NCBI GenBank assembly: GCA_000934665.2
Contig: KZ538068.1
Coordinates: forward strand, 62,001-126,000
From: Catajapyx aquilonaris
Taxonomy: Eukaryota
Direction: 5' to 3'
DNA: 64,000 bases
Shown: in pieces, positions 50,891 to 63,380 of the stretch
Layout of the letters: every line of letters begins with the position of its first letter
How positions within the stretch are numbered: the first letter of the stretch is position 1
Program-made: the position numbers and the translations under genes
The notes under the pieces: generated by a model
Told to the model about the DNA's origin: nothing
Seen by the model: the letters and a program-made list of their open reading frames with translations, nothing else
Database searches by the model: none

Positions 50891-53800
50891 ACTGAAGACC
50901 TAAGGTCCCGATGGAAGATTATTTAAAGGTAGATTAATGGTTGCACCACCTCCAGGAAACATTTTTCGGCTGGAGAAGAGCCAGAAAAGTGTATTTGTCA
51001 ACAAAGCTAATTTTTCTAGTCTTTTGTCTATTTGTCGACAAAATTGTTTTAGGCGAATTTCATTGCAGGAGCAAGTGTGCGATACACATTTGAAAAAGTA
51101 CACATGTGATGGTTGAGCAACAGTGATCTCGCCATTTCGATTAGCGAACAATCCATCTCTCGCGTCAAGAACGAGACTGTAAACAAAGTGGGTGTGACAT
51201 AGTGACGTACCGACTTGGCACACCAGTGATTTATGTTTCCTCTCCGCCCATGGCCTCTCAAGACTAGACCTATTTTTGTACCCCGCCCCCATCACTTCGC
51301 ATCGACGGATATAAGAATTCAGTTACACTCCGAACAAGGGATGCCCCCCATCATGTAAAGCCATGGTGAGAACGTGTCGTGTTACATAGGGTTAGTGTCT
51401 GAATTCTACAGACCCAGCAGTCTGAGGCCTTTAAACGACAGCAATCAAATTGGAACGGTGGGACCCCAAGTGCAAAGGAGCGTAAAAGCGCCGCCAACGG
51501 CAACAAGTAACTTGTGCTGAGCCAGCCACTCGACCACCCAAAAAAAACACATCCGAATTGAATTCTATCTCCCCAAAAAAATGGACCGGACACCTCCAAA
51601 ATTTGTTCAGTGTCGCTTTGCATTCAGCAATTCACGTCTTCACTAGCCTATTCAAGTGGCCAAGCCGAAACGCAAATTTTCGTGGAGGGTTCAGCTGAGG
51701 GTTGAGCTGTCCCTGGTCCCTTGTACCTTTCAAGAAGTCATTCAGATTGGTAATCTGCTCCTGCCATCCGGTCCAATTTACGAGTCGGAAACCGGCTCCT
51801 AAAGCCTGGCATAATTTTCGAACGCGGCAAAAATCAACAGACGTGATGGCGAATAGGTGGAAAAGTGACGAGGCGGTACAAGTGTGCTTTGGAAGAGGGG
51901 GGGGGGGGGTTTGAGTTGTTCAGCCCCGCTTTTTGGCATTGTAAATGAGCCTAGTCGACGGGGAGGCCCGAAGAGCCTGGCATTTGTGATAAGGATGGAC
52001 AGCACCGCCATTGTACTTGGAGATGGAGAGAAGCGGGCCGGAATTATTTGCCTTAGGGACACGTGGGGGAATACCCGCTTTTCTTAGGGGATGCTGGTAA
52101 TTGGAGCAAAAATTGAGATTGAAATTAATCTGAAGACAAAGCCAGTGTTTCAAATGGACGTAAAATAAGGTACTGTGTATATACATCAGCGCCATCTACC
52201 CACGCTCCTGATCCTATGCTGTCGGTACGAACACTTATTATTTACGAAATTGTAATTTAAAATGTGGACCTTGTTCTAAAATTTTTATGTATTTTAAATT
52301 CAAAAACAGTAGTTCGAACAGACATGCTTTTTCGCTTGCTATAAAGCGGGTAGATTTGATGCCCTTACCCGCTGAATAGAACAGGCACCTGTTCTAGATC
52401 TGCCTTCAAAAAGCCAATGTTTTCTAACAATGCTTTAAAAATCGTTAAAAATGTCCCGAAAACTCGTTCTAGACAGGCTCACTCTATTTTCTTTTTTTTG
52501 GGGCTGAAAGTTGCACCCGCTGCGATTTATAGTCGTGCAAGTAAGTTTGTAACTTACTGAAGGCTCTATTTTCTCCAGCGGTCATATAGAATCCCCCTTT
52601 TCCAAAAGAAAAGTAGATATATCCTACTTTTTTCTAACAATGAGGCAGTTTCCTTTTTTAAAGACAGGGAAATGGCGTTTACAAGGTATTATCCAATATG
52701 CTGAGAAGGAAAACTTGGGCCTAAGCGCAGCCTTGACTTACAAGGATTGCTTCTTACGGATGTGGGAAGTAGGCTTTGACATCTCTTGGGATTGGGACGC
52801 CAGATCTCAAAGCTTCGGGGCCGAATGAAATTGCTTTTCGGGGGAGTTTACGGCGAGGTAAGCGCCGGCTGCTTTTCCACACACCGCAAGGGAAAACACA
52901 AACCATCCCTTTCCTTCATTCTTCTTCTTCTTCTCAGCCTTGTTACATAGGACGCACTTGTGGCAACCGTTAGAACCGAATTGGAAGGGTCATCAAGCAC
53001 TCATCTCCGTGTTTGCAGCTGTCTTGGAACTAGTTTTAAAACTAGTCTCATGACCGGTTTCAGGTCTAACCGCCTGGAGGGGGGCTATACGACGAGGGCA
53101 TTAATCTATGATGGTAACGCTATTGATGGGGGGGGAAGTAACCGGCTCGGGTTCCAGTTCCAAGCTCGGTGTGGGTTTTAAGCCTGCAACCAGTTCTCAC
53201 ATTGGTGAAGTGTTAGTCTCCACGACTATAGTCTATGGGTTAGGTGTAGTCAAATATTTTTTTATACCTCTAGTCCCTCACGCCTCTTGGTATTGTCAAC
53301 AGCTGCTGCTAAAACCTGATAATCCTGTACAAAATCCCACCATATTAGTAATAAATCTATAATGCTGTATATGAAGCATCAAGTTTTCCCATTGTTTATA
53401 TAAGCTTATAATTATTCTGAAATTTTATAGCATGCTTATACATAATTATGAAGGTGATTTTTTTTTTTAAATTCTCGAAATCCTAAATATTGGTTTATAC
53501 AATGACAACTGAGTGCATAATATATCTGTCTGTATAATTTTACATGTACCAAGTGTTCAATGTATGACTATAGTTTTGAGCAGAAAATAAGACAGCTTTT
53601 CAAGTGTTCACAGATGGCGTATCAATTCAGTATGCACTAGGCCCAATATTACATATAAATTCCCCATGAAAAAACCATTAGTTATTAATTAAATAATACC
53701 ACCATTTCTACTTGGTCTATTTTTCCACCAGCAAGCACAATAATTGTTTGCAGCTGCTCCCACACAAGGGTAAAGAAGAGAAAGAAAACATGTGGATAAA

Positions 53801-56800
53801 GGGCACCAGACTTTTTTTTTCCTCCAGGAATCCTCTTCTGCTCCAAGTCCCACCAGTGCAAATACAATTGCCCTCAATTGCTGGAACTGGAGAGATCCCA
53901 AAGGAAAACGTATTTTTGTAGCATTTGATTACGAGAGGCCAGCAAACGCGGCTTCCCTCCATATATATATACACACCTTCTGGCAGATGGTGTCCTTACC
54001 TTCTCAAGACACTACTCCCCCCAAGTTTGAGGTCTTAGAATGGGCACAAATTCAGGACCTGCCAGTGAGGGATTTGCGCTTTGTCTCGAATTATATTGTG
54101 GCACTGCTGTTAGGACCCGGACAATAAGCGCGTCATTTCTAATTCGGAGCACACGCATGGGTGAAATACGAAATTCTGGGAGCGCTCGAGAGGACGATGA
54201 TTATAACTTGTACGAACCGCCGACGAAATGTAGTTCTAATGCAAAGTATAACTAGGTCGTTGCGCCACAATGCTGCCAAGGTTGGTAATTTGTTCCGCAG
54301 CATTGGCACTGTAACGTGTTTCTAGGGTGACTGCCTACAAGATGGGCATATTATATAGCGAGGAACGGCTGTTTTCTTAGATGGGAATCGCACGATGGCG
54401 AGGCGTATCTATGCATATAATGTTCAAGTAGGATTGAATACGCCTTCCATACGTAAGTGTCCAATTATTATAGAGAAAGTTTAGTAATCGACCTACAAAT
54501 CCATTATTAAATCGAAAAGCGGGCCGACCCGTATTTTTAGGCATGCTATATATCAAAGGGGTTCAGGTTAGCGGAAATGCCGCTATCCGATATTACCCGA
54601 GATTGCTTTGAACTGTTACTTCATGACAAAGCCAGCCGCTATAGCTTCTTCAGCTATGAAACGCAATGCTATGATTGACAAGCTCGAATAGTTCGATCGG
54701 TGTGACGTAACAAGATAATATAAGAATATTGTTTTTGATATAGGTTAGTATCAATATTACTCATAAATCGTGCATGAAAAGTAATGGCTGAGTCTGATTA
54801 TTGTCAGATCTCTCCAACATCGAAGAGTGACTCAGGTTTGTGGTATAGTGCACATAACCTATTTATTCATACTAGCCTCGACTCAGGCTGTCTCACGACT
54901 TTCTACAAAGCTGGAAACCTCTCCACAGGTCCGCCTTCACATCCACACCATCTTCTGGCGAAACCCCCAACTTGCCAACATACCAGTACTCCATCTAGTG
55001 GCTGCTGGGAGGTGTCACACACTATGTTAAGCATAACCAGAATTTGTAAATGTTCATGCAACTTGCATAGGTTCTTTCTACGCAAGAAGTCAAAATAGAT
55101 AATGTAGTTTGGGCCAACCGTCCCATGTGGATGGCTGGTTGACATAAAAGGCTCCAATCCATCAGCATTTAAAATTAAGTACAGGCCCATCCATTTTCAA
55201 TTAGGTTTTCATACATTTAGCGCTGTTAGGCCTCCGGCCTGTTATCAATATAGGGCACCTTTACCATCAGGCCCAACAGTTCTGCCGATAACACACCGCT
55301 TCATTGAGTGGAGGAAACAATTGACGCGTACAGTATTGCCAAAGCCGTTGTAATTGGCAGAGTTATGGACGTGGAGGATCATCCCCATAAATCAAGCCCT
55401 TGTTTTATGACTCTCGTCGTAATTTTGACGCATAACTTTGCATTCGTCATGAAAAATTGGTCTGCCCGTGTAATTGCAATCTGGGTGTTGCAATGGCAGA
55501 TTGACTGCTGAATTTGGAAAGCAGCCACACCATGTCTTATCTGAAGGGTAGCCTAGCCAAGGGTCGATTCTAGGTGCTGGGAACATGCAAGAAGAATGAT
55601 CTGGGCATCCGAGATGGCCTGAACCGCCTTTTCTATATGACCATTGGAGCTGGTCCAAATGGCGACGGGAAGCTGAGCCCTGCTGCCTTCTTTTTTTTCC
55701 ATCTGGTATAGTAGCAGGGGAAACAACGCCGGCTGGTTCGGAACAATCCCCCGGATTATGCCTCCTGTGTTTTCAATTGAGATTTGGAATTCGGAATCTG
55801 GTGGGCAAGCGTTTTCTTTACGCCCGGCTTGGTGGTTGCGACGTGGCCTGAGTGGCCAACAACCCTCGGGGAGCGGACCCCCAATCACTGGGATTAGGCA
55901 TCCTCTCTTGCCTGCCACCTGAAGGAAACATGGATGGCCTTCCAATTCCTTCATTCCTTGCACTATACGTCGTACTGCGGATCCATGTTTGCCCCTGCCA
56001 TGGAGCAACCCAGCCGTGCAGCAACGGCTGAATGGTCATCGAGGTGCCAGGATGAGCCCAACCATGTAGTGAGTCGTGTGACAGCCTCACTGGAGGCCCT
56101 TAAATTATCTGTTAATTCGATATAACTTCTCCATTACAGTGACCTCCTGGCAGTCGTGGTGGTGTGGTTCGGACGTGTGTCTGAAAATGCGCGAGGCATC
56201 CGCAAGACGGATATGTCGTCACTCTGCAATTCCAACTTTTTCGTTTTCGTCCAAGAGTGGTCTCCGAGTCTGTACGTGACCGTTGGGAACTATGCCCGCA
56301 AAGATTGCCGTGAAACTAACTTGAGAGAGTGGATGTGGCCAGCAGAGTTTGCGTCATTATCGCCCCCTCCCAAAAGTTACACCAACTTGTTGTAATTTAT
56401 GCCTGCTGACAAAGAAATGTAGTATTCATATTAAACACTGCAAGTCAACAATGTAGAGCATTAATCGCGACAGGTTTTTGACAGCGCTTATTTTACAATC
56501 TAAATTGAGGTACAACATCGAGCAGCGTATTATCATTTATCAGGTGTGAAATTGCGGAAATTTCAATGCAATCCAAAACGCTGATAGGCAAATTGTCGCT
56601 CTGGATCAGGCTCATTTACGTGATTACATTCATGGGTCCCGAGCCCTATAGGCCTGTGTGACCCTTTCTCACCAAGAAAGCCCATCATTTTGCATACCCA
56701 AACCACAACATTTATCTCCACTGATATGTTACCCGCATTTTCCAGTCGCGGTGACAGACCTCGGCGTCAAATTACTGCACAAATGGAATAGATTTCAGAG

Positions 56801-57227
56801 AGAATTATCACATCATAACAACGTGTTTGGCTATTTGTCTGCGTGTCCCGCAGAAAAAATGTGTCACGCTGGATGCACGGTCATTAAATGACCCAGCCGG
56901 GCCCCCGCATGAAAGATGTAACCTATATGTCCAGGATTTAAAGCCTAATTCGACTTACATTACGCTTTAATCCGGTCTGCAAAAAATGTACGCAATTTAA
57001 AGTGCTTGCTGCATGTCCCGCTCGAATATTTTCAAACCATTACCTTGGTGTGTCCAAATTATTTGTAGCTACATGAGTTGGGATTGTAACATTACGTGAT
57101 GACTATAGAGAAACCAGAAGACTATGATGTGTCTATAATTATATTTATCTGGATTACTGTGCGTTTTAATTTAATTGTATGCTTTTTAAGGGTGTGTGTT
57201 AATATCGTTATGATTTTTTTTGTACAA

Positions 57228-57362
57228 GTACTATCGGGTTCAATTAGTTCCGGCCACTTTATCCTGGTCTTGAAGCAACCCTTCACACAAGCCCCACGGT
57301 GAGGAGGTATGTGAAGAGTTGCTTCAAGACCAGGATAAAGTTGCCAGAACAGTTTGAGACCC
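57228..57362. mobile_element. Palindromic MITE, family B, copy 2
   Basis: GGCCACTTTATCCTGGTCTTGAAGCAACCCTTCACA-(AGCCCCACGGTGAGGA)-TGTGAAGAGTTGCTTCAAGACCAGGATAAAGTTGCC. Same arms and loop as 27697-27833. Confidence 0.88.
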
Positions 57363-58194
57363 ATTAGTCACATTGAAATTTTAAATTTCCCTGACATGCT
57401 ATAGATTAATTGTATGGCCTAAATTTTTCAAAATTTTTTAAAACTCACATTCATATATTATGCTAATCCAGTGAGTCAAAATATTTCAGGAACACTCTCC
57501 TGTTTTTGAGAGCAAGCATGGCATATACATATCCCTGGCATGAGCACTGTAATAACACTCGGACTCTACATTTTCATTCATTCCGGAGCGTATGACACGG
57601 TTACACGCTACAACGATATGAAAAGGCTTTCACCACGATTGTTCCTACATTACGGCCAAATATAATTAAGGGCTAAAAGTGTGCAGTGGAATAACGTGCC
57701 TACCTTTTTCAGCCTGCCGGATCAAAACCTGTAAAGAAATTAGGACTATTAGAGTTGCGGCCTATAGGCGGCCCAATTAAATTCCGCCTTGGGCGACTCT
57801 ATGGCAAGGAAATTAGGCAGTACAGTGTTCTACAGGACCGAGTGCGGAAACGATACAGTTTAGAGTAGTGTTAAAAGCCAAGGGGTGGGTTAGGTCCGGT
57901 CTGGGCCATTGTTTTGATATGCTAACGTGGACTGGGAGTGAACGTGAGAAAGGTCAGTGTGGGCTTCCAAGTCCAGCCTCAGGGGTCTTGCATCGAGGAT
58001 CAGACCAGTTTGACACTGTGTCAACAGATAGGCCAGGACTTTGGCTAGGAGGTTTGCATTTAGTGGATTTGACACCTATGATTGTAGTATACTTGCAGTG
58101 CCCATGCATTACAGTACACAATTTTATTAAAAGTCCAAGATGTAATTATTTTTTAGGATGAATTTTTCAACTGACAAATATTTTCATATGAACT

Positions 58195-59080
58195 ATTTTT
58201 AATTTGACATATTTTCAATTTGACATATTTTCAATTTGACATATTTTCAATTTGACATATTTTCAATTTGACATATTAGTCCGGGCCCTAAGCGCAAAAA
58301 TCAGGCCTAACCTTGCATTTTGGGATAAGAAGGTGCCACTTAGCACATATGTTCCTTAGGCCTATAGGAGCAATTTCAGAGTTGCAGGCAACTGATCGGC
58401 CCCTTAGGTCACGAGTTATGCGGTGTTGCCAACCTGATCAGAGAACTAAGCGTTTTAACTCGGCACTTTGTGATGAGAAGGTGCCACTTGGCAGACATGT
58501 TCCCTAGGTGTATAGGATCCATTTGAGAGATGGCGGCACTTGATCCGCTCCTTAGGTCAGGAGTTATGCGGTGTTGCCAACCTGGTCCGGAACCTAAGCA
58601 TAACCGCATAACTCGTGATCTAAGGGGCAGATCAGGTGCCACCAACTCTCAGATGGAACCTCTAGGCCTGGGGAACATTCTTGCCAAAATCCCAAAATGC
58701 AAAGTTAAAAATGGTTCAAAACGCTTGGGTCCAGGACCAGGTTGGCAACACCGCATAACTCCTGACCTAAGAGCCGATCAAGTGCCGCCATCTCTCAAAC
58801 GACTCCTACAGGCCTAGGGAACACATGTGCCAAGCGGTACCTTCTTATCACAAAATGCAACGTTAAAAACGCTCAGGTCATCCCCGGCCATGTTGGCAAC
58901 ACCGCATAACTCGTGACCTAAGGGGCCGATCAGTTGCCTGCAACTCTGGAATTGCTCCTATAGGCCTAAGGAACATATGTGCCAAGTGGCACCTTCTTAT
59001 CCCAAAATGCAAGGTTAAGACGCTTAGGGCCCGGACTATATTTTCAATTTGACATATTTTCAATTTGACATATTTTCATA
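58195..59080. repeat. 16-bp minisatellite (AATTTGACATATTTTC) split by the foldback element
   Basis: About 5 units at 58201-58276 and about 2 more in phase at 59039-59078. Confidence 0.9.
58277..59038. mobile_element. Foldback-like non-autonomous DNA transposon made of ~148-bp units (2 forward, 3 reverse)
   Basis: Perfect termini TAGTCCGGGCCCTAAGCG / CGCTTAGGGCCCGGACTA. GAAGGTGCCACTT occurs at 58329 and 58477. Reverse-oriented ACCGCATAACTC occurs at 58603, 58750 and 58901. A target duplication can be reconstructed from the host minisatellite. Confidence 0.88.
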
Positions 59081-59120
59081 TGAATTATTTTTAATTTGGA
59101 AAATATTTTCATATGAATAT

Positions 59121-59353
59121 TGTGATGTTCCTCACTAGATGGTAGTAGTGTGTGGGGCCACTTAGGGCCACTTGAGTGAAGGTCCTGGGAGGGAGTGGGA
59201 AACTCTGTTGTGTATTCAGTCGTGTTGGGGTCTGATTGCAGGCCAGTCTAATAAACAGTAGCTCCATACCCCTATACCCGTTGTGTTATTGGACCAGGAC
59301 CATAAGTGACCTTGCGGGGTCAGAGGGATGACCTGAGTATGTCAACCCTCACA
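59121..59353 (+). mobile_element. Putative solo LTR (~233 bp)
   Basis: TGTGA...TCACA termini, internal Inr-like TCAGT and AATAAA (59250-59255). GC-richer than the AT-rich repeat it interrupts. Imperfect flanking duplication GAATAT / GAATTA. Confidence 0.65.
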
Positions 59354-59981
59354 GAATTATTATTAAACTGGAAAATATTTAATATCTAGATGTCCCACAA
59401 TTCTGCCAGCACATTGTTGCCAATACGCATTATTCCAGCGAGTTCCGCTCAATTGATCGTCCTTACACTTGACAAAAGGGGACAACAATGAATGGCTTAC
59501 TCTCAGCCTAAATGATGCCGCCTTCAGCAGCCGTTTTGGAGGTTGTTGCCATCTGCAAGTAGTCGGCAACGTCACGCGGAAACATGACGGCGATAAATTA
59601 AGACGTGCACATTAGGCCTGGCAAGTGGAGGAATGAGTTATGGCTGACGACGCCACTTCACCGCCCATATACTCGCAGGAATTTAACCTGCGACAACCAA
59701 ACAGTTGCAACCAGGGACGAGGCCCATTACTGCACTAGCAAATTGCGTTGTTTATCACGAATCAGGTTCCGCATAAATTAGCTTTAATGTTTTCCTGAAT
59801 ACCCTGCCCCACATTTTTAGGATAAGCCAAATTAACTGGCAGTAAAGGAACCGACATTGTTGCAAATTAATAACACTGCTAGTTGTAGCTGATTCGTCTG
59901 ATTAAATCAGAGCAATATTTTTTTTCTCCAAAAAAATCTGGATCAAATAACAATGTGATGTAATAGCAATCCAAAACTTTC

Positions 59982-60112
59982 GGGGCATAGTGGTCTAGTG
60001 GCTATGTTGGTCAGCCAAGCTGGAGGTCCGGGGTTCAAATCTCGACCCCGTCGCCTTCGCTTGGTCGGGCCTTATCACTGGCATTACAAACAAAACTAAC
60101 TACAAATAAATA
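59982..60112 (+). mobile_element. tRNA-derived SINE, family 2, short (internally deleted) copy
   Basis: GGGGCATAGTGGTCTAGTGGCTATG..CAGCCAAGC..GGAGGTCCGGGGTTCAAATC..GCTTGGTCGGG matches the head of 46051. It is followed directly by CCTTATCACTGG (cf. CCCTATCACGGG at the 3' end of the long copy) and an A-rich tail. Confidence 0.85.
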
Positions 60113-63100
60113 AAAATTTCTGATTATGAGAAAAATATCGGCTGTTTTAAGCAAAGATCTGATTTTTTCTCGGAAAAATCAGGATCAAACACGGTGTGAT
60201 TAGAGCGCTTTAGGCGGCTAGTCCAGACAACTAAGGTGTAATGGAGCCACGTAGAATCGTCCCCCACATGTTTTGTACCTAGACAGTACATATGGCGTTT
60301 GGGCTGAAGTGTGGGGGCGAATGGGACCCATGGTAGGTGAGGGTGAGGGGGGCGGTTTGAAAATTTAGTGCCGCAATTCCCGCCCCGCTATGTATGTGCT
60401 CACATTGCTGCGGTGGGCCATTGGACAGACCTTGGTGAAATTTATGGCATGGAGCCCCCTCTACCAATTAGAAGGCTCTGGCATTCTGTCCAGGTCGGGT
60501 CCAAATCTAATCTGGGGCCGACGGGGCCGGCTTAGGCAGCGGCCATCTGTATGCGAGTCGGCCCCGGCTATACGGGGTCCCCCCTCAGTGCCTGCACGGA
60601 CGCAAACCACGTTAGCCAACCCTAGCAACGGGGGCGGCCCCGGGTCTCTCTTTCAACATACAACCCCCATTCATCAGCCGGCCAACCGGGGAATCCCTCC
60701 TTTACCCCGCTAATTAAACGTCGGTGTTACATGTACAGTGTGAACCATACATTGATGTAGGTATTGGAGTGTGAACATTGGCCTCCGTCTCTCAAAAAAG
60801 TTAATCTCCGAGATAGCGGCCAGAAGGAGTGTGGGATTACAACTTCATAAAAGCCAGTCCTTATCATAGAACTTGTCTTGCTATACCCACAGAGGCTATG
60901 GGTTGGCAATAATGACCGTGGTTTACTAATTATGCTGCTGGGTACCGACAGCCAATTTGAAACAACTTTTTATACAGACAGAGATGAGCCCCATATTGGG
61001 CGTCCGTTGACAGCTAAAGCGTTGGGAACAAGACGTGAGAATGCGGGAAAGTGTGTCCAATCGGGGAGAATTTTTCATCTCCCTGCACCAATGCTTGGAT
61101 GGTCTATTGATTGGCCGACTTGAAGAGACGGCCTTTTTCCCTACTGCGCCAAAGGCCTCAGGCAAAAGAGACCAGACTTGGCATTGTCGCTTTCTCTTCC
61201 CTCTTTTTGCTCCCCTCTCCTCCTTCCCCCTTTTCGGCCTAATCGTTATGGAACATTAATTCGCATGGAAATCCGGCCGGAGGCAAATAATTGTTGAAGA
61301 TTGTGAAGTAGGGATATGCCGGATTTTTTTTTTAGCAAGTGTAATGTATCATCCTTGGCAGGGCTAGTGTCATTTTGATATTGAATATGCTTGATGATTT
61401 ACTGTAAAAGTTGGTCAAATGTGAGGAAAACCGCAGATACTTCTTGAGTAGTTGGTTCAAATGCATTCTGGTAAATCAAAGAAAGTATTAAAGTACACTG
61501 TAACCAAAGTTAATAGTCCTAAATATATCTGGCAATAAATGTAGAACAATAGTAATGACTCGCTTTGCTCGTCGGTGGGGCTGCTTACCAACGAGACTAC
61601 TCCGAGCTCTCTGTGACGCCGGGAAGTGCGATCCTCCTCCCATATCCTCGTCTAGAGGTTTTATACGATATACTTGATGATGATAAGATCATATAATATA
61701 AAAATTAATATTGAAAAGAGTAAAATGATTTTTCTAATGGCACGAGGAACCGGTTGAACAGGTAGAACAGTTTGTGTGAATTGAGCAAACCATTTCTTAA
61801 AATGTCATTTTTGTTGCGCAATTCTTGACCCTAAGATTACGTACTGCTCGTTATAAAATATTACCTACTGAATGAATAAATAATGTCCTGTTGTGCCCTG
61901 TACGCCATGTACAGGCACCGTCAAAATTTCATCGCGATCCAGTCCTCTAACTTTTATTCACACTTGCACCTCCCAGTGAAAATCCATGACTTTGGAATTC
62001 TCCGGACTATTCTCTCAGGGGCAAGAGGCCCCCCTGTTTTACACCTTATAAACGTGAGATTGCTGGAAAATTTTCATGTTGGCGCAGAAAATTAGCCGGT
62101 CTCCGTACCCGGATGAAAGATGTAATTTACATTTGAAGTGCAAAGTTTTCCTGTCTGGGAGAAGGCGTGGCTCTAGATTAGACTGGCCCTCAATGGTGAT
62201 AGGAGCCCCCAAATTTTTCGAAATTATTGTGCCCCGAGGCGCGCAATTGGAGAAACATACCGTTTGGGAGTCTAGAAGAAAATGAGATGACAGAGGAAGC
62301 CTTCTTCTTCTTTCTTTTTCTTTTTCTTCTTCTTCTTCACCTCTCCCTCCATTCCATCCCATTCGCCCACCCCTTTCGGGTTCCGAGTCATAACTAAGCG
62401 ACTTCATGGCACAACTGGGATAAATGTAATCACGAAGCTCTCCAATTCCCGCTGAATTGGGCAGTTTCTCTCCGGCTTCTTCCCACCCCCTTCCAAAAAT
62501 TATGTCCGCCCGGACTTTGCCCACTTTCTTCGAAGAATAAGAAAAAAAAAATCCTTTTTAATCACACCGCAAGTTTCGGTTCTAAACAGCCGAAGACAAG
62601 CCGTAATGGAATGGTCTTCGTTCCCTGTTGCATTGTACCCGGCGATCGTATTAAAGTTTGGGGACTATGCAAAGGGCTATAAAACCACGGAGGTATACGG
62701 TCTGAAATACAACTTGGCTTTCGCCAGGGAAACTGCTACCTGCATGTGCATTATGCATTTTTCCTACTCCCTGAAGAGAAACTAAGGAACTAGTAAAAGG
62801 AATTAGGTAGGTTCAAGTGCATGGGAGAAGGAAATTTGAAGTGTAATACAGTCTTTCTTTTCCCTTGGAGAGCCAGAGGGTGCAGCTAGTTTCTGCTCTG
62901 GGAAAGAGGAGTGCTTGGTCGGGCCTCGGGACTCTCCAAGGAGGTATAAAAACCCGGGAAAAAGAACCGGAACCATTCCGGCCGCAATACCAGGCGAGAG
63001 GGGTATCCCCAGAATGAAGTGAGCTGACCTGTTTTAAGACCGGTGTGTAGGTATGGGAAGGGTTGAAACTAAATTAAAACGCAGTTTGATTCACGAATAT

Positions 63101-63150
63101 GTGTCTCACATTACGATCAGGAGACAGGGTGTCAAGATATGCAACCCACT

Positions 63151-63380
63151 CACCGCGAGCAGACTAGCCACCGCGAGCAGACTAGTCACCGCGAGCAGCC
63201 TAGCCACCGCGAGCAGACTAGTCACCGCGAGCAGACTAGTCACCGCGAGCAGCCTAGTCACCGCGAGCAGCCTAGTCACCGCGAGCAGACTAGTCACCGC
63301 GAGCAGCCTAGTCACCGCGAGCAGACTAGTCACCGTGAGCAGACTAGTCACCGCGAGCAGCCTAGTCACCGCGAGCAGCC
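63151..63380. repeat. Minisatellite, 18-bp unit (CACCGCGAGCAGMCTAGT), ~13 copies
   Basis: Near-perfect tandem repeat. The period of 18 explains the repetitive ORFs on both strands. Confidence 0.98.
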
